A stretch of DNA of 64,000 nt from Felis catus (taxonomy: Eukaryota), in assembly GCF_018350175.1 (NCBI RefSeq), contig NC_058368.1, forward strand, positions 209,934,001 to 209,998,000, given 5' to 3'. This document shows, piece after piece, positions 12,804 to 25,844 of this stretch (position 1 is the first letter of the stretch; every line of letters starts with the position of its first letter). A program made the position numbers and the translations under genes. Under the pieces are notes generated by a model. The model worked only from the letters and a program-made list of their open reading frames with translations, had not been told where the DNA came from and ran no database searches.

Positions 12804-15284
12804 AGAACCTCTAGACATTTGCATTTGATCTCACATATTAATGGAACATCTACTATGTGGTTGGCACAAGGTTAGGAACTGAGGGTGTAACAATTAAATA
12901 AGACATTCCTTCCCCTCCATGGGCTAAGAGTGACATATGTATAAACAGTTGACTATATACAACTGCTAAGTTCTAAAGTAGAGCAAAAAATCACCTGCCT
13001 TGGGAATAAGGGAAGAGAGAGTAGTTAATATTGTCTAAGAGTTCAGGAAAAGGAAAATGAAGAAAGAAGTTATATTTGAGCCAAAGTTTGAAAAGGCTGG
13101 AGAGATGTCTACAGGATTGGAAAGGAGGACAAGGGAGTTCTAAGTACCAGGAAGAACAAGGGCAAAACCTGGGAAGTATAACAGTGTATGGGGGTGGGTA
13201 TAGGTTGGGTCAAAGGTATTACCTAGGGTAGAGCCCCTCATAGAGGCACATCCATGTGGAAAGGTGGCCATATTATCACCATGCGGTGGAAACTTTTCAA
13301 AGGCAGGCTGGGGGGATAGGTGAGGGAGGGGACTCACCACCTCTTTTAGTGGAAGAATCAGCTGGATTGCTGACACTGTGATCTAGATTTTTAAATAATC
13401 TCTTATGTCCACAGGTTCTAGGAGGGGTGAGAAGATTGGCCATGAGTGAAAAGTTTGGTGGAGAATACTCTCCCCTTCTCTTTACCTTGAAACATGGGCA
13501 AGGTTTCAGGCAACTAGTTTTTTACAGGTCGTTAGGTCAGACACTATGACCTTGGTGTTATTTGGGATTCAGAGGTTCTTTGCTCCCTGCGGTAAAGATA
13601 TCTATGAAAAACTGGGTAGAAATCAAATGTTTACCAATTCTGGGAGAGAGGGCTGTGTGAAAAATACAGGGCTCAAGTTCACCTTGAGGTGGAAATAGGA
13701 TGAGCAGGTCCACCCAGCAGAGTAGATAGTCTGTGGAGGTCAACAAGATACATGCTGAAGGAGTGTGTGAAATTGGCCTCCAGTGAACATGGGTATTATG
13801 TCCAGGACAAGGCTCATGTCAGTGAGGCTCTTTATAAAGTACTTATATCTGATGTGAGGGGTAGGGAGACACTGCAGGCTTTTTATCATTGGGTAGTGAA
13901 CATGACCTCTTGGGGAGATGATTCTGATGGATGGAGAGCTGGGAGTCTCTGATTATATGTACATTTTCAATTCCTGGGTTCTTATGAAGTGGAGGGAAGC
14001 CTTCATATCATTTTCCTGATAAGCAAACTCATTTGACACCATCAGACTCTTCTTCACAATGGAAGGTTCTGGAGTTTTGGATAAGTATAGGACTGAGTTG
14101 AGGAAAAATAGCCCGAAGCCTGCAGTCAGTAGCTGAAACCAGCAGGCATTTATCAGCCCTGTGCCATGTGCAATGGCTTTTCCCAAGTGTTTTTTGTTTT
14201 TTTTTAAATCTGTGTTTGCTTCAGTCTCAGGGGACAATCTATTCAGTCACCAGAAGGGATACCTTCAAAGAGTTTTCTTGGATAAAGTCCACTCATGTGG
14301 TCAGTTGTGACCTCATCTTACTGCTCCAGGGGCCCTTGTTTGGGACTTGATATCTCCAGTTCCTGCCTGAATGGGAAGCAGAGAGGCCTTTCTTTTTAGA
14401 GCCTCTCATTTTGGAACACATCAGAAACCACCAGTTAAATGTTTTTACAGATTTTTTTTTTTTCATTTTGAAATAATCTAGCCCATTGCCCTGCTTATTG
14501 TCAAGAATCATTAAAGACAGCCAACTGCTTATATTCTTTTCACAAACACAAAGTGGGAGGTTTGGGGAGGTGCAGGGTGGGGAGAATGGGGCTTTTCACT
14601 TTGCTGGCACCAAATTTGGAACCGTAGAGGAAGAAGAATAAAAGCACTGGTTCAGATTTTCCCAAACTAAATTGCGAACTTGATGTTTCTACCAGCGACC
14701 ATAATACGTATCTCATGGAAATGCCCATATTTCTCTTTCTTAAATGTCTCTTCAAATTTGAAACTGTTCCAAGGGGGCTCCATATTCCCCCATTTTATTT
14801 ATTCTTGAAAGCAAGGCTCCTGGTCGACTCCCGTAACTCCTTGGAGGAGAAGCTACCCGTCAGAGCGTCTTTCTCCTGCCAGCTGTGGATACAAATCCAA
14901 ATGTCTCAACTATTCACATCCTGACCCCATAACTCCATGGCTTGTGCAGAGTGTTTGACTAACAGCTGAGGGGGAGGCTGGGAAGGGGGGGGAGGGGCAG
15001 GGGGCAGGTCTCTTGTTAGGGCCCCAGAGAGCAAAGCTGTGCATGGGACCAGACCTGCTTCCAGAACAGGCCCCTGCTGCCAGAAACAACTCATTCCCTG
15101 AAGAGTCTCTGACTCATGCCTCTAATAGGACTATTATGGTTTCCTGGCTGCAAAGTTGTCCTTTCGAAATGTAGGGTTTTTTTCTTTTTGAAATTTGAAT
15201 TCTGAGTTATGTGTGGTGGATTAATTCCCCTGTGCCATGGTCTCACAGTGTTTTTTGAAGCTCTCTTCACGGTATCCCTTTGCC

Positions 15285-15415
15285 TGACTAGATTTTAAAC
15301 TCTATGTACCCAAGGACTGGAGTCTGCTCTGTATGCTACTGTATGTCCAGTAGCTGGAATAGTGAATGGAGCATGGAGGCATATGACAATTGTTTGTTGA
15401 ATGAATGAATGAAAC
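15285..15415 (+). mobile_element. L2 3' end
   Basis: Ends in the characteristic tttgttgaatgaatgaatgaa. Confidence 0.7.
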
Positions 15416-16044
15416 ATTGATGTGTTTTGCCTATGCAGCCCTACCCAGGATAAAAAGATTTTAAGAGGCCTTAGACCTCATAAAGCAATAACAGGGGGAC
15501 AACTAAGGAACATGTCCCAGAATTTCACTAGGCTTTTTTTGGGGTCACAACTCAACAAGTGTGGTCATCTGGTTTCTATGCTACAGTAGAAATAGAAGCA
15601 AATTGCAACAGGGAGGTAGGGTGCTGCTAGAGAGAGGTGACTCTAATAGGAAAGGAGGGAACAGTGGAGCGTGAGGCTACCGGTTGAAGGGGACTCTCAC
15701 CCCACAAACTTCACGAGCGTGAAGATCATCTTTACATTTTAACAAAATGTAATAATTGCACCGGAAAGTGGCGATGTTCAGTTATCTGGGAAGTGTACTT
15801 ACGTGAACTAGTTTATTTCCAAATGGTGCTGAGCCACTGAAGTATTAGCATGTTGTGGCATGTTCATTTTATTTCTTCGAATCCTGTAGAAAATCCACGA
15901 CTTTTCTTTGACAAGAGTAATAAGAATTGTGTCCTATTCTGTTTCTACCTCACAAAATAGAAGACGTTCCTCAATGGCCAAAGGTTGGCCCAGGCTTGTG
16001 AGGAGGAGAATCTTGTACCTTGTTAGAGTCTTTATGAACATTTT

Positions 16045-16250
16045 GGGGCACCTGGGTGGCTTAGTCAGTCGAGTGTCTGACTTTGGCTCAGGTCATGATC
16101 TCACAATCCGTGGGTTCGAGCCCCACATCATGCTCTGTGCTGACAGCTCAGAGCCTGGAGCCTGCTTCTGATTCTGTGTCTTCCTCTCTCTCTGCCCCTC
16201 CCCTGCTTGTGCGTGCTCTCTCTCTCTCTCTCTCAAAGTTAACATGAAAA
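16045..16250 (+). mobile_element. CAN-SINE
   Basis: GGGGCACCTGGGTGGCT head; TSD AGTCTTTATG(A/C)ACAT. Confidence 0.92.
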
Positions 16251-16317
16251 AGAAAGTCTTTATGCACATCTATATTGGAAGTTTCCTTCAATCAAAAACA
16301 AAGAAGAAAAAGTCAAG

Positions 16318-16520
16318 AGGAGCACCTGGGTGGCTCATTCGGTTAAGTGTCCAACTTCGGTTCAGGTCATGATTTCACAGTTTGTGAGTTCAAGCCCCAT
16401 GTGTTGGGCTCTCTGCTGTCAGCGCAGGGCCCACTTCAGATCATCTGTCCCCCTCTCTCTGCCCTTTCTCTGCTCATGCTCTCTCTCTCATTCTCTCTCA
16501 AAAATGAATAAACATTAAAA
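16318..16520 (+). mobile_element. CAN-SINE
   Basis: SINE head and tail; TSD AAGAAAAAGTCAAGA. Confidence 0.92.
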
Positions 16521-17089
16521 AAAGAAAAAGTCAAGAGAAGAAAACTATGACAACAAGCTATCTATACTCAGGGTACAGAGATGCTAAAAAGTACAGTTCT
16601 TATTTTGACACAACAAATAAAGGAATAGAAACTTCTAGTGATTTCACAGGAGAGAAAGACAGAGAGGTGAAACCTGGAAGAAACTGAGGAGCTTTTAATC
16701 AGATAATGGAGTTTCAGGTATTTGCCAACAGAAGCTGTAATTCTTCCAAAAACTTTTTTATGTTCATGCCACATTGAACAATAGTTGCTTCAGATTTCTA
16801 GGTAAGGAGAAAAAATTGCATGACTCAAGCCATAAAAAAGGTGTCCTCACTCCACAATTTAATTTTTGAGGGCACACATGGGCTTCTCTTGGTCTGTGCT
16901 TATTCTAAGCAGGCACCAGGTTGTCTAGCTTGCAGGATGCCACTCATTTAACACCTGGAAGAAAATACATGCCAGGCACTAACACTGTCATGTGAAATAT
17001 TTAGAAGTAGTTACATCCAAGTTATTATTGGAAAAGGGCTTGAAGAAAAAGGTGAAAAGAATGAAAAAGGAAAGATGAATTCTTTAACA

Positions 17090-17144
17090 CTTTCTTTCTT
17101 CCTCTCTCTCTCTTTCTCTTTCGTTCTCTCTCTTTCTCTCTTTC

Positions 17145-17199
<55 letters not shown>

Positions 17200-17337
17200 C
17201 TCTTTTTTCTTTCTCTTTCTTTCTTTATTCTTTCTTTCTTCCTCTCTTTCTTTCTTTCTTCTTTCTTTCTTCCTCTCTCTCTCTTTCTCTCTCTTTTTCT
17301 CTTCCTTTCTCTCTTTCTTCCTTTCTCTCTTTCTTTC

Positions 17338-17390
<53 letters not shown>

Positions 17391-17426
17391 TTTCTTTCTT
17401 CCTCTCTTTCTTTCTCTTTCTTTCTT

Positions 17427-17506
<80 letters not shown>

Positions 17507-17582
17507 TCCTTCCTTCCTTCCTTCCTTCCTTCCTTCCTTCCTTCCTTCCTTCCTTCCTTCCTTCCTTCTTTCTTTCTTTCCT
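17090..17582. repeat. ~490 bp compound polypyrimidine microsatellite (TTTC)n/(TC)n/(TTCC)n
   Basis: Directly visible; nearly pure C/T on the + strand; abuts an antisense L1 3' end. Confidence 0.97.
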
Positions 17583-18765
17583 TGTAGAGTTAACATACAC
17601 TGTTGGGTGCCTGTGGAGCTCAGCCGGTTAAGCGCCCAACTTCAGCTCAGGTCATGATCTCATAGTTCATGTGTTCAAGCCCTGTGTCGGGCTTTGTGCT
17701 GACAGCTCAGAGCCTGGAGCCTGCTTCAGATTCTGTGTCTCCCTCTCTCTCTGTTCATCCTCCGCTCACACTCTGTATCTCTCTCAAAAATAAAAATAAA
17801 GATTAAAAAAATTTTTAAAAACCAGTGTTATATTAGTTTCAGGTGTGCAACATAGTGATTCACCAATTCTGTACATTATTCGGTGCTCATCAAGACAAGT
17901 GCATTCTTAATCCCCTTCACCTATTTCACCCATCTCCCCAACCACTTCCCTTCTGATAACCATCTATTTGTTCTCTATAGTTGAGAGTCTGTTTTTTAGT
18001 TCGTCTCTTTTTTTCCTTTGTTCATTTGTTTTGTTTCTTAAATTCCACATATGAGGGAAATCATGTGGTATTTGTCTTTCTCTGAACGACTCATTTCACC
18101 TAGCATTATACCGTCTAGCTCCATCCATGTTGTTGCAAGTGGCAAGATTTCATTTGTTTTTATGGTTGAGTAATATTCCATTGTATATAGATGATATCTT
18201 CTTTATCCATTCATCTATTGATGGACACTTGGGCTGCTTCCATAATTTGGCTATTGTAAATAATGCTGCAGTAAACACAGAGGTGCATGTATCCCTTTGA
18301 ATTAGTGTTTTTGTATTCCCCAGCAGTGTGATTACTGGATTGCAGGGTAGTTTTATTTTTAACTTTTTGAGGAACCTCCATACTGTTTTCCACAGTGGCT
18401 GCACCAGTGTGCATTCCTACCAACAGTGCATGAGGATTCCTCTTCCTCTACATCCTCATCAGCACTTGTTGTTTCTTGTCTTTTTGATTCTAGTCATTCT
18501 GACAGGTGTAAGGTGATATCTCATTGTGGTTTTGATTTGCATTTCCCTGATGATGAGTGATGTTGAGCATCTTTTCGTGTGTCTGTTGGCCATCTGTGTA
18601 TCTTCTTTGGAGAAATGTCTATTCATGTCTTCTGCCCAGATTTTAATTGGATTATTTGTTTTTTGGGTGTTGAGTTGTATAAGTTCTTCATATATTTTGA
18701 ATACTAACCCTTTATTGGATAAGTCATTTGTAAATATCTTCTTCAATTCAGTAGGTTGCCTTTTA
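17583..18765 (-). mobile_element. Carnivore L1, 5'-truncated (3' UTR plus ORF2 C-terminus), interrupted by a SINE
   Basis: ORFs 18150-18404(-) [16 protein letters not shown] and 18459-18746(-) [20 protein letters not shown]; 3' end tattagtttcaggtgtgcaacatagtgatt. Confidence 0.9.
17604..17820 (+). mobile_element. CAN-SINE inserted in the L1 3' end
   Basis: SINE head/body/A tail; approximate TSD ACACTGTT/CCAGTGTT. Confidence 0.9.
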
Positions 18766-18944
18766 TCTATTTATCTTTTGATGGCCATTCAGGTTGCTAA
18801 CACGTTTTAGCTATTGTGAATAATGCTGCTATGAACATGGGTATACAAATATCTATTTATGATCTTGCTTTCAGTTCCTTTCGGTATATATCCACAAATG
18901 GAATTGCTGGATCATACAGTAATACTACTTTTAATTTGTTTTTT

Positions 18945-19157
18945 ATTTAAAAATTTTTTAATGTTTATTTATTATTGAGAGACACAGAGTGTGAGCAGGG
19001 GAGAGGTAGAGAGAGGGGGAGATGCAGAATCTAGAAGTAGGCTCCAGGCTCCCAGCTGTCAGCACAGAGCTCGACGTGGGGCTTGAACTCACAAGCTGTG
19101 AGATCATGACCTGAGCCGAAGTTGGATGCTCAACCGACTGAGCCACCCAGGTGCCCC
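18945..19157 (-). mobile_element. CAN-SINE
   Basis: Antisense SINE within L1. Confidence 0.92.
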
Positions 19158-21245
19158 TATTTTTAATTTTTTGAGAAACTTCTATCCTGTTTTCCATAGC
19201 ACTGTACCATTTTACATCACACCAATAGTGCACAATGTCCAATTACTCTACATCTTTCTCAACACTTATTTTTCAGGGTTTTTGATAGTAGCCACCCATT
19301 GGTGTGAGGTGATATCTCAGTGTAGTTTTGATTTGCCTTTCCCTAATGATTAGTGATCTTCAATATCCTATCATGTGCTTATTAGCCATTTGTATATCAT
19401 CTTGGGAGAACTATTCAACTCCTTTGCCCGTCTTTGAATTGAGATGCTTGTTTTGTGTTGTTAAGTTTTAGAAGTTCTCTATTTATTCTGGATATTACCT
19501 TTATTAGATTTGATTTGCAAACATTTTCTTCCATTCTGTGGGTTGTCTTTTTACTCTGTTGATATCTTTTAGGGTACAAATTTTAAAAATTTTCATGAAA
19601 TCCAGTGTGTTTATTTTTTTCTTGTGTTACCTGTGCCTTGGTATTGTCAGATCCAATGTTGTGAAGCTTTTGCTCTACATTTGTTATTTTTCTAGTTCCT
19701 TGAATTATAAAGTTAGGTTGTTGATTTGAAATCTTTCTTGTTTTTTAATGTAAGTAGTTATAGCTATACATGTCCCCTTAACAGTGCTCTTGTTGTGTCT
19801 CATACATTTTGGTATATTGTGTATTTGTTTTCATTCATTTCTAAGCACTTCCTAATTTCTCTTGTGAAGTCTTCTGTGATCCATTGGCTGTTTAAGAGAG
19901 TGCTCTTTAATTTCCACAAATTTGTGAATTTGCCAGTTTTCCTTCTGTTATTCATTTATGTCTGACTTCATCCTATGTAGTCAGAGAAGATACCTTGTAT
20001 GATATCTATCTTTGTATTTAATATCAAGATATAACTGAGGTATAACGTTTTACTAGCTTCAATTGTACAACACGATGATTTGATATTTGTACACATTGAG
20101 AAATAATCACCCCAGTAAGTCTCATTAACATCCATCACCACACATACTTATGAATTTTTTTTTCTTGTGATGAGAATTTTTAAGACTGACTCTTTCAAAT
20201 ATATAATACAATACAGCAACTTTCAAATATACAACACAGTACTATTATGTAATGCTGTACATTACATCCTGAGGACTTATTTATCTTATAGCTGGAAATT
20301 TGTAGCTTTTGACCACCTTTACCCATTTTGTCCACCCCCCTATCCTCTGCCTCTGGCAACCAACAATCATTCTCTGTGTCTATGAGTTGTTTTGTTTTTT
20401 TAGATCCCACATATAAAGATCATATGGCATTTGTCTTTCTCTTCTGATTTATTTCACTTAGCATAATGCCCTCAAGGTACACCCATGTTGTCACAAAGGA
20501 CAAGATTTCCTTTTTTTAGATTACTAGATAATATTCCATCATGTATATGTGTGTATGTATATGCCGCATTTCCTTTATTCATCTATTGTTGGACACTTAG
20601 GTTGTTTCCATGGCTTGGCTATTGTAAATGATGCTGCAATAAACATGGAGGTTCAGATATCTTTTCAAGTTGGTGTTTTCATTTCCTTCAGATAAATACC
20701 CAGAAATTAAATTGCTGGATCATAAGGTAGTTCTATTTTAAATTTTTTGAGGAACCTCTATACTATTTGTCATAGTGGCTATACCAATTTGCATTCCTGT
20801 ACTTTTTCTTGACTAAGTCAGTAATTTGTGTATTTCAATGAATTTGTTCATTTAATCTGTCAAATTTATGGGATCCAAATTATTTGTAATATTGCCTTCT
20901 TAGCTTTTTAATAGCTATAATGTCTCTAGCCACAGGGTTATCAATTTTACTCTTTCAAAGAATCAGACTTTGTTTTTATTGATTTTTCCCTGTTATTTTT
21001 CTATTGGTAATGTCACTAATTTCTGCTTTTAACTTTAATATTCCTTTTCTTCTACTTTGGATTTAGTTTCTTCTTCTTTTCCTTGCTTTACTTAAAGCTT
21101 TGCTCATTGACTTTAGAAGTTTTTTTAAAATAATTATTTAAACAATTAATAATGTTTAAATTATCTTGTAAGACTGTTTTAGCTTCAACCAACAAATTTT
21201 GTGGTATTATTTTTTTCATTTTTATTGAATTAAAAATATTTTCCA

Positions 21246-21447
21246 GGGGCGCCTGGGTGGCTTGGCGTCCGACTTCGGCTCAGGTTATGATCTCACGGTC
21301 CGTGAGTTCAAGCCCCGCGTCGGGCTCTGTGCTGACAGCTCGGAGCCTGGAGCCTGTTTCAGATTCTGTGTCTCCCTCTCTCTCTGCTCCTCCCCTGTTC
21401 ATGCTCTGTCTCTGTCTCAAAAATAAATAAACGTTAAAAAAAATTAA
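21246..21447 (+). mobile_element. Feline SINE with partial A-box deletion
   Basis: GGGGCGCCTGGGTGGCTTGGCGTCCGAC head; perfect TSD AAAAATATTTTCCA. Confidence 0.93.
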
Positions 21448-21899
21448 AAAAATATTTTCCAATTTCTTTTGTGATTTATTCTTTTAGCTAAGGGTTTAGA
21501 AATGTATTGTTAATTCTAAACATTTGGGTATTTTTCATATATCTTCTTTTAATGGTATCTAATTATGTCCATTATGGTCACAGATATTACTCTGTATGAT
21601 CTTAGTACATTTCATTTTACTGAGCTTTATTTTATAGCCTAGTATATGGTCTTTCTTCATAAACATTCCACATGGGCTGAAAAGAGTACATATTCTGAAA
21701 TTATAGGATATAATGTTCTATATATATTAGGTCAAGTTGGTTTGTAGTGTTTTCAGCTCCATTTTGTCCTTACTGACTTTTGTTTAATTGTTCAATCAAT
21801 ATTTATGTTTTTCTCTGAAACAAAAATATCTGATTGCTTAGAGGTACTTTAAATAGATTTGGAGTGTATCACTAATCTTTTTTACATTTACTTTTACCA

Positions 21900-22950
21900 T
21901 TTCAGATTCCTAAATTCTGAACTGTTTTGATCTCTTACTTGCATGACTATATTTCATCATTAAGTAGGTTTTTGGAAGACATGTTTTAAATAAGCCTAAG
22001 ATTTTACATGTTTGAAAATTTCTGTGTTTTTTGTCTGAGTATATCTGTGAACTTGGTGCACATTATTCCAATGTCTTCTGGAATTAAGTTTTCTAGGTAC
22101 AAGTCTGAGGTCATCCTGAATTTTTGTCCTTATTGTGACATTTTTTTCCTGTCTGGTAGTCTTCCTTTATTTATTTTTTAATTTACGTATTTTATTATGA
22201 AATATGGTATACACTTTCAGAGATACCTTTATTCCTGAATATGTAATGACGTCATATAGTATCAATTTTACCTGGTATGTAGTATGCTCTTTCAAGTTTA
22301 CATATTCTGTTCTTCATTTTAGGAAAATTTTATATGATTATACATCTCCAAACACATTTTTTCCCTACTATTGTTTCTTTCTTCTTCAAGGACACAAACA
22401 TTTTTAGGTTGAATTGTCTTTTTCCTTTCTATCATATTGTCTTAATCCATTTCATTTCTTTTCTTTTTCTTATATATTCACTCTTTTTATCTTAAGGTGT
22501 TCCTTCCTACTGTTAATTTAAAATTCAGGTATATCTATTTCATCCTTTTCTAGATCTAGGTTACTTATCTGATATAAACGGTGAGGGTTTTTTTTGAGTA
22601 TTTTTAGTATGCTTTAATCATTCTGCCTCCTTTTCCGTGCCATGTTGTTATATCATCTTGTCTTTGCACTCCTATTTTATTGAAGCAATACTCTTATTAA
22701 ATTCTTCTATAGTATACATTCTAAAAGAATCTGCTTCTGTTTATTGAACTCTATTCCACTTTTAGTAATTCATTTGTGTCTTTTTGCACATTTTTTTCTC
22801 TTTTTGTATATTTCTTTATCTTCTTTTTGTTGTATCTCCATATAGTTTCTATTGTATTTCTTTTAATCTTGCTTATGCCTGGGAAGCTTTTGTCCAAACG
22901 TCTATTTTCTATAATATAGCATGAGACTTGACACATATTCCATTTATAGA
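21900..22950 (-). mobile_element. Ancient L1/HAL1-like ORF1-region relic
   Basis: T-rich sequence with aagtctgaggtcatcctgaattttt, an antisense ORF1-type motif; strongly decayed. Confidence 0.45.
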
Positions 22951-23049
22951 AGGTAATTTTAATACCCCACCCCATGTCCCCTTCTCTCATCTGAGTTACC
23001 AGCAGCTGCCGACAGTTCCTGGCATGCTGACATCTTCCCTTCTCAAGCA

Positions 23050-24600
23050 CCTACACATCTCCTCTTTACTGCCTGGAGCCCTTCTTTGAGAACATGGGAG
23101 TTGGCTTGATTGTGTACAAGCACAGTCCAAAAGTATGGGTAGAATACTACTTCTAGGGGAAACTTAACTGATAGGGTATGGGAGTCAATGAATAAATGGT
23201 CCTCAGGGAGTATCAACCACAAAAAATATACTGAACAAGTGGACATGATAACTCAGTCATTAGCGATCAGCCAGTTTGTCCTCTGCCACCATACTGCTTA
23301 CACAATGGGCCCATGAAGAATTTAGCAAGGGTGTCAAGTATAGATATTCTGTATGGGTCCAACTGTTGTTGGGCTCTTTCTCACTAAGGCTCATCTAGTA
23401 ATTGCCATTGCTCAATGTCCAACATGTTAGCACAGAAAATAATGTTGCGCACTTGATCTGATACTATCCTTCAAGGACACTAACTAACTAGTTGGTGGCA
23501 AGTTGCTTACATTGGACCCCTTCCACCCTAGAGGAAAAGTAATTCTTTCTACTTGAGATTGATAAGTATTCCAGGCACAGTTTTGCCATCTCTGTCCACA
23601 ATATCTTGGCCAGCACCACTAGCTGAAGGTAGAATTTCTGATTTACTTATATAGGATCCTGCCTATATTGCCTTGGATCAAGGGACCAAGACATTTAATT
23701 TACCATAAAGAGGTGTGACAGTGGGCAATGACCATGGAATCCATTGGTCCTACCATATATTGCATCACCTAGAAGCTGCTGGCATGATAAAAAATTAGAA
23801 TGTCTTCTTAAAGGCACAGATGAGGTTCCAGCTTGGAGAATAACACTTTTAAAGGTTAAAGTATGTTACATGGTACTTTGTCCCCAATAGGCTATCATAT
23901 GGTGCTTTGTCTTTGGTAGCTAAAATACAAGGGTGGAACCAAGGGGTGGAAGTTGAAGTGACTCCCCTCACTCTCACCATCACTGTCCCAAATAGGGAGT
24001 TTTTATTTTCTATTCCTACAACTTTAGGGTCTACAGAATTAAAGGTCCTGATCTTCAAGGAAGTAATCCTTCTACCAGGGGACACAATTAGGCTTCCACC
24101 CAATCTAAAGTTATGACTGTTGCTCTCATGTCAACACACCATCAGGCTAAAAAATGTTCCCATGCTGGTGGTGGTAATCGATAAGATAATCATGAGAATC
24201 TAATGTTTTCGTTGTAACAGTGGGCATGGTCTGAAAGTCAGTAGATCCTTCAGAGAACCTCTGATAATTCTGTGCCTGAAGGAAGGGCAGTTTCATCAAT
24301 TAAGGATTGACAAGGTCAAGGATACCAGGGATTCAGACATCTCAAAGACCAAAGTCTGCATTGTCTCAAGGAAAAGCAAGCTAGGATGGCAAAAGTTCTG
24401 ACTGTTAGATGAAACTAGAATGGGTGCAAGGGGAAGGAGGAAATAAAACCAGTTGCTTTGGGCCTAGCCGAAGCCAAAGAACTTCAGGTTTCCCCATTAA
24501 CCCTCTTAGCTACAGCAGCAGGGATTTCAGCTTTTACCCCTAAGCATCACTAAAAGAGTGGAATCAGGGTGGGGCACAAGCAGGTCTGGGAGCTGCTAAG
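23050..24600 (+). mobile_element. ERV-L class (HERV16/ERV3-16-like) internal relic: integrase plus dUTPase
   Basis: WQVAYIGPLP (~23496-23525); GIHWSYHILHHLEAAGMI (~23736-23790); ORF 23907-24116 GWNQGVEVEVTPLT...LLPGDTIRLP. Confidence 0.85.
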
Positions 24601-24607
24601 GATGGTG

Positions 24608-24956
24608 ACTGGCAGATACTGCTAATAGCATTCCCTGTATCCCTTGACCCACCTGGGTTCACCTACTACTGTGTGGGGGGGAGTTGATACTCTTGATGCC
24701 CTAGTCTTGTCTTCCAGTGGGACAATTCTGAGGTGCATTCAACACTATTTCTCAGGAAGTCCCAGATGTTTAAGCTTCAATTGCCTAAAGCAGTAACCTG
24801 ATCAATACCATTACTTCTTTATTGGGCCTTCTTCTTTCCCTTTTCTCAATTCCCAGTTGTCTCCCTTGTGCTTCCTGGGATCATTTTCTAGTTAAACCAC
24901 CTGTATACAATTACTTGTTCCATAGTCTGTTTTGGGGGAAAATCCAAACTAGAGCA
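24608..24956 (+). mobile_element. LTR16-like ERVL 3' LTR
   Basis: Follows the ERVL internal segment; ends gtctgttttgggggaaaatccaaactagagca, an LTR16-type terminus. Confidence 0.7.
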
Positions 24957-25411
24957 TCTCTTATCTGAGACAAGTTTGTGGTTTTCCTCCAAGCTGCACT
25001 TTGATTCTTGGATACTACTTTTAATCTATGTTGCTGTGGGCTCCGAAGGGAAGAGTGAGAGTCTTCTCTCTTTTTATTGGCCAGTCTAACTAGCAGTTTG
25101 TCAATTTTGTTGATCTTTTCAGAGAATCCAATTTTGCTTTCATTGATTTTTTTTGTGTGTGTTGTTTTTCCTGTTTCTATTTCATTTATTTCTTCTGCAA
25201 ACTTTATTATTTCCTTTCTCTGGTAGCTTTTGGTTTAGTTTGGTTTGCTCTTTTGCTTTTTATTTTTATTTTTTATTTTTATAGCTCCTCAGGGTATAAA
25301 AATTAGGTTACTAATTTGAGATTTTTCTTCTTTTTAATGTAGGCATATATGGTAAAAATTTCCTTCTGAACACTACTTTTACTGCATTCTCTAATTTTTT
25401 TAAAAAAAAAA

Positions 25412-25626
25412 TTTTTTTTTTTCAACGTTTATTTATTTTTTGGGACAGAGAGAGACAGAGCATGAACGGGGGTGGGGCAGAGACAGAGGAAGACACAGAA
25501 TCAGAAACAGGCTCCAGGCTCCGAGCCATCAGCCCAGAGCCCAACGCGGGGCTCGAACTCACGGACCGCAAGATCGTGACCTGGCTGAAGTCGGACGCTC
25601 AACCGACTGCGCCACCCAGGCGCCCC
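25412..25626 (-). mobile_element. Young feline SINE (SINEC_Fc-like)
   Basis: CpG-rich near-consensus, ending CGCCACCCAGGCGCCCC. Confidence 0.95.
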
Positions 25627-25627
25627 T

Positions 25628-25844
25628 ATTTTATTTTTTTTCAACGTTTATTTATTTTTGGGACAGAGAGAGACAGAGCATGAACGGGGGAGGGGCAGAG
25701 AGAGAGGGAGACACAGAATCGGAAACAGGCTCCAGGCTCTGAGCCATCAGCCCAGAGCCCGACGCGGGGCTCGAACTCACTGACCGCGAGATTGTGACCT
25801 GGCTGAAGTCGGACGCTTAACCGACTGCGCCACCCAGGCGCCCC
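25628..25844 (-). mobile_element. Young feline SINE (SINEC_Fc-like), in tandem with the previous one
   Basis: Near-consensus; the pair is flanked by TGCATTCTCTAA (25383-25394 and 25845-25856). Confidence 0.95.

Larger units (their letters stand above)
18766..21810 (-). mobile_element. Cluster of older antisense L1 fragments (includes an L1MA9-like 3' end at ~20015-20798)
   Basis: Antisense ORF2 and 3' UTR motifs (aatgctgctatgaacatggg; gaattgctggatcat); the EN-region antisense appears twice. Confidence 0.8.

Noticed and set aside
17025..17600. Long ORFs of 123-191 aa (K/E/R-rich or F/L/S-rich)
   Set aside because: Translation of a stop-free microsatellite; not a gene.
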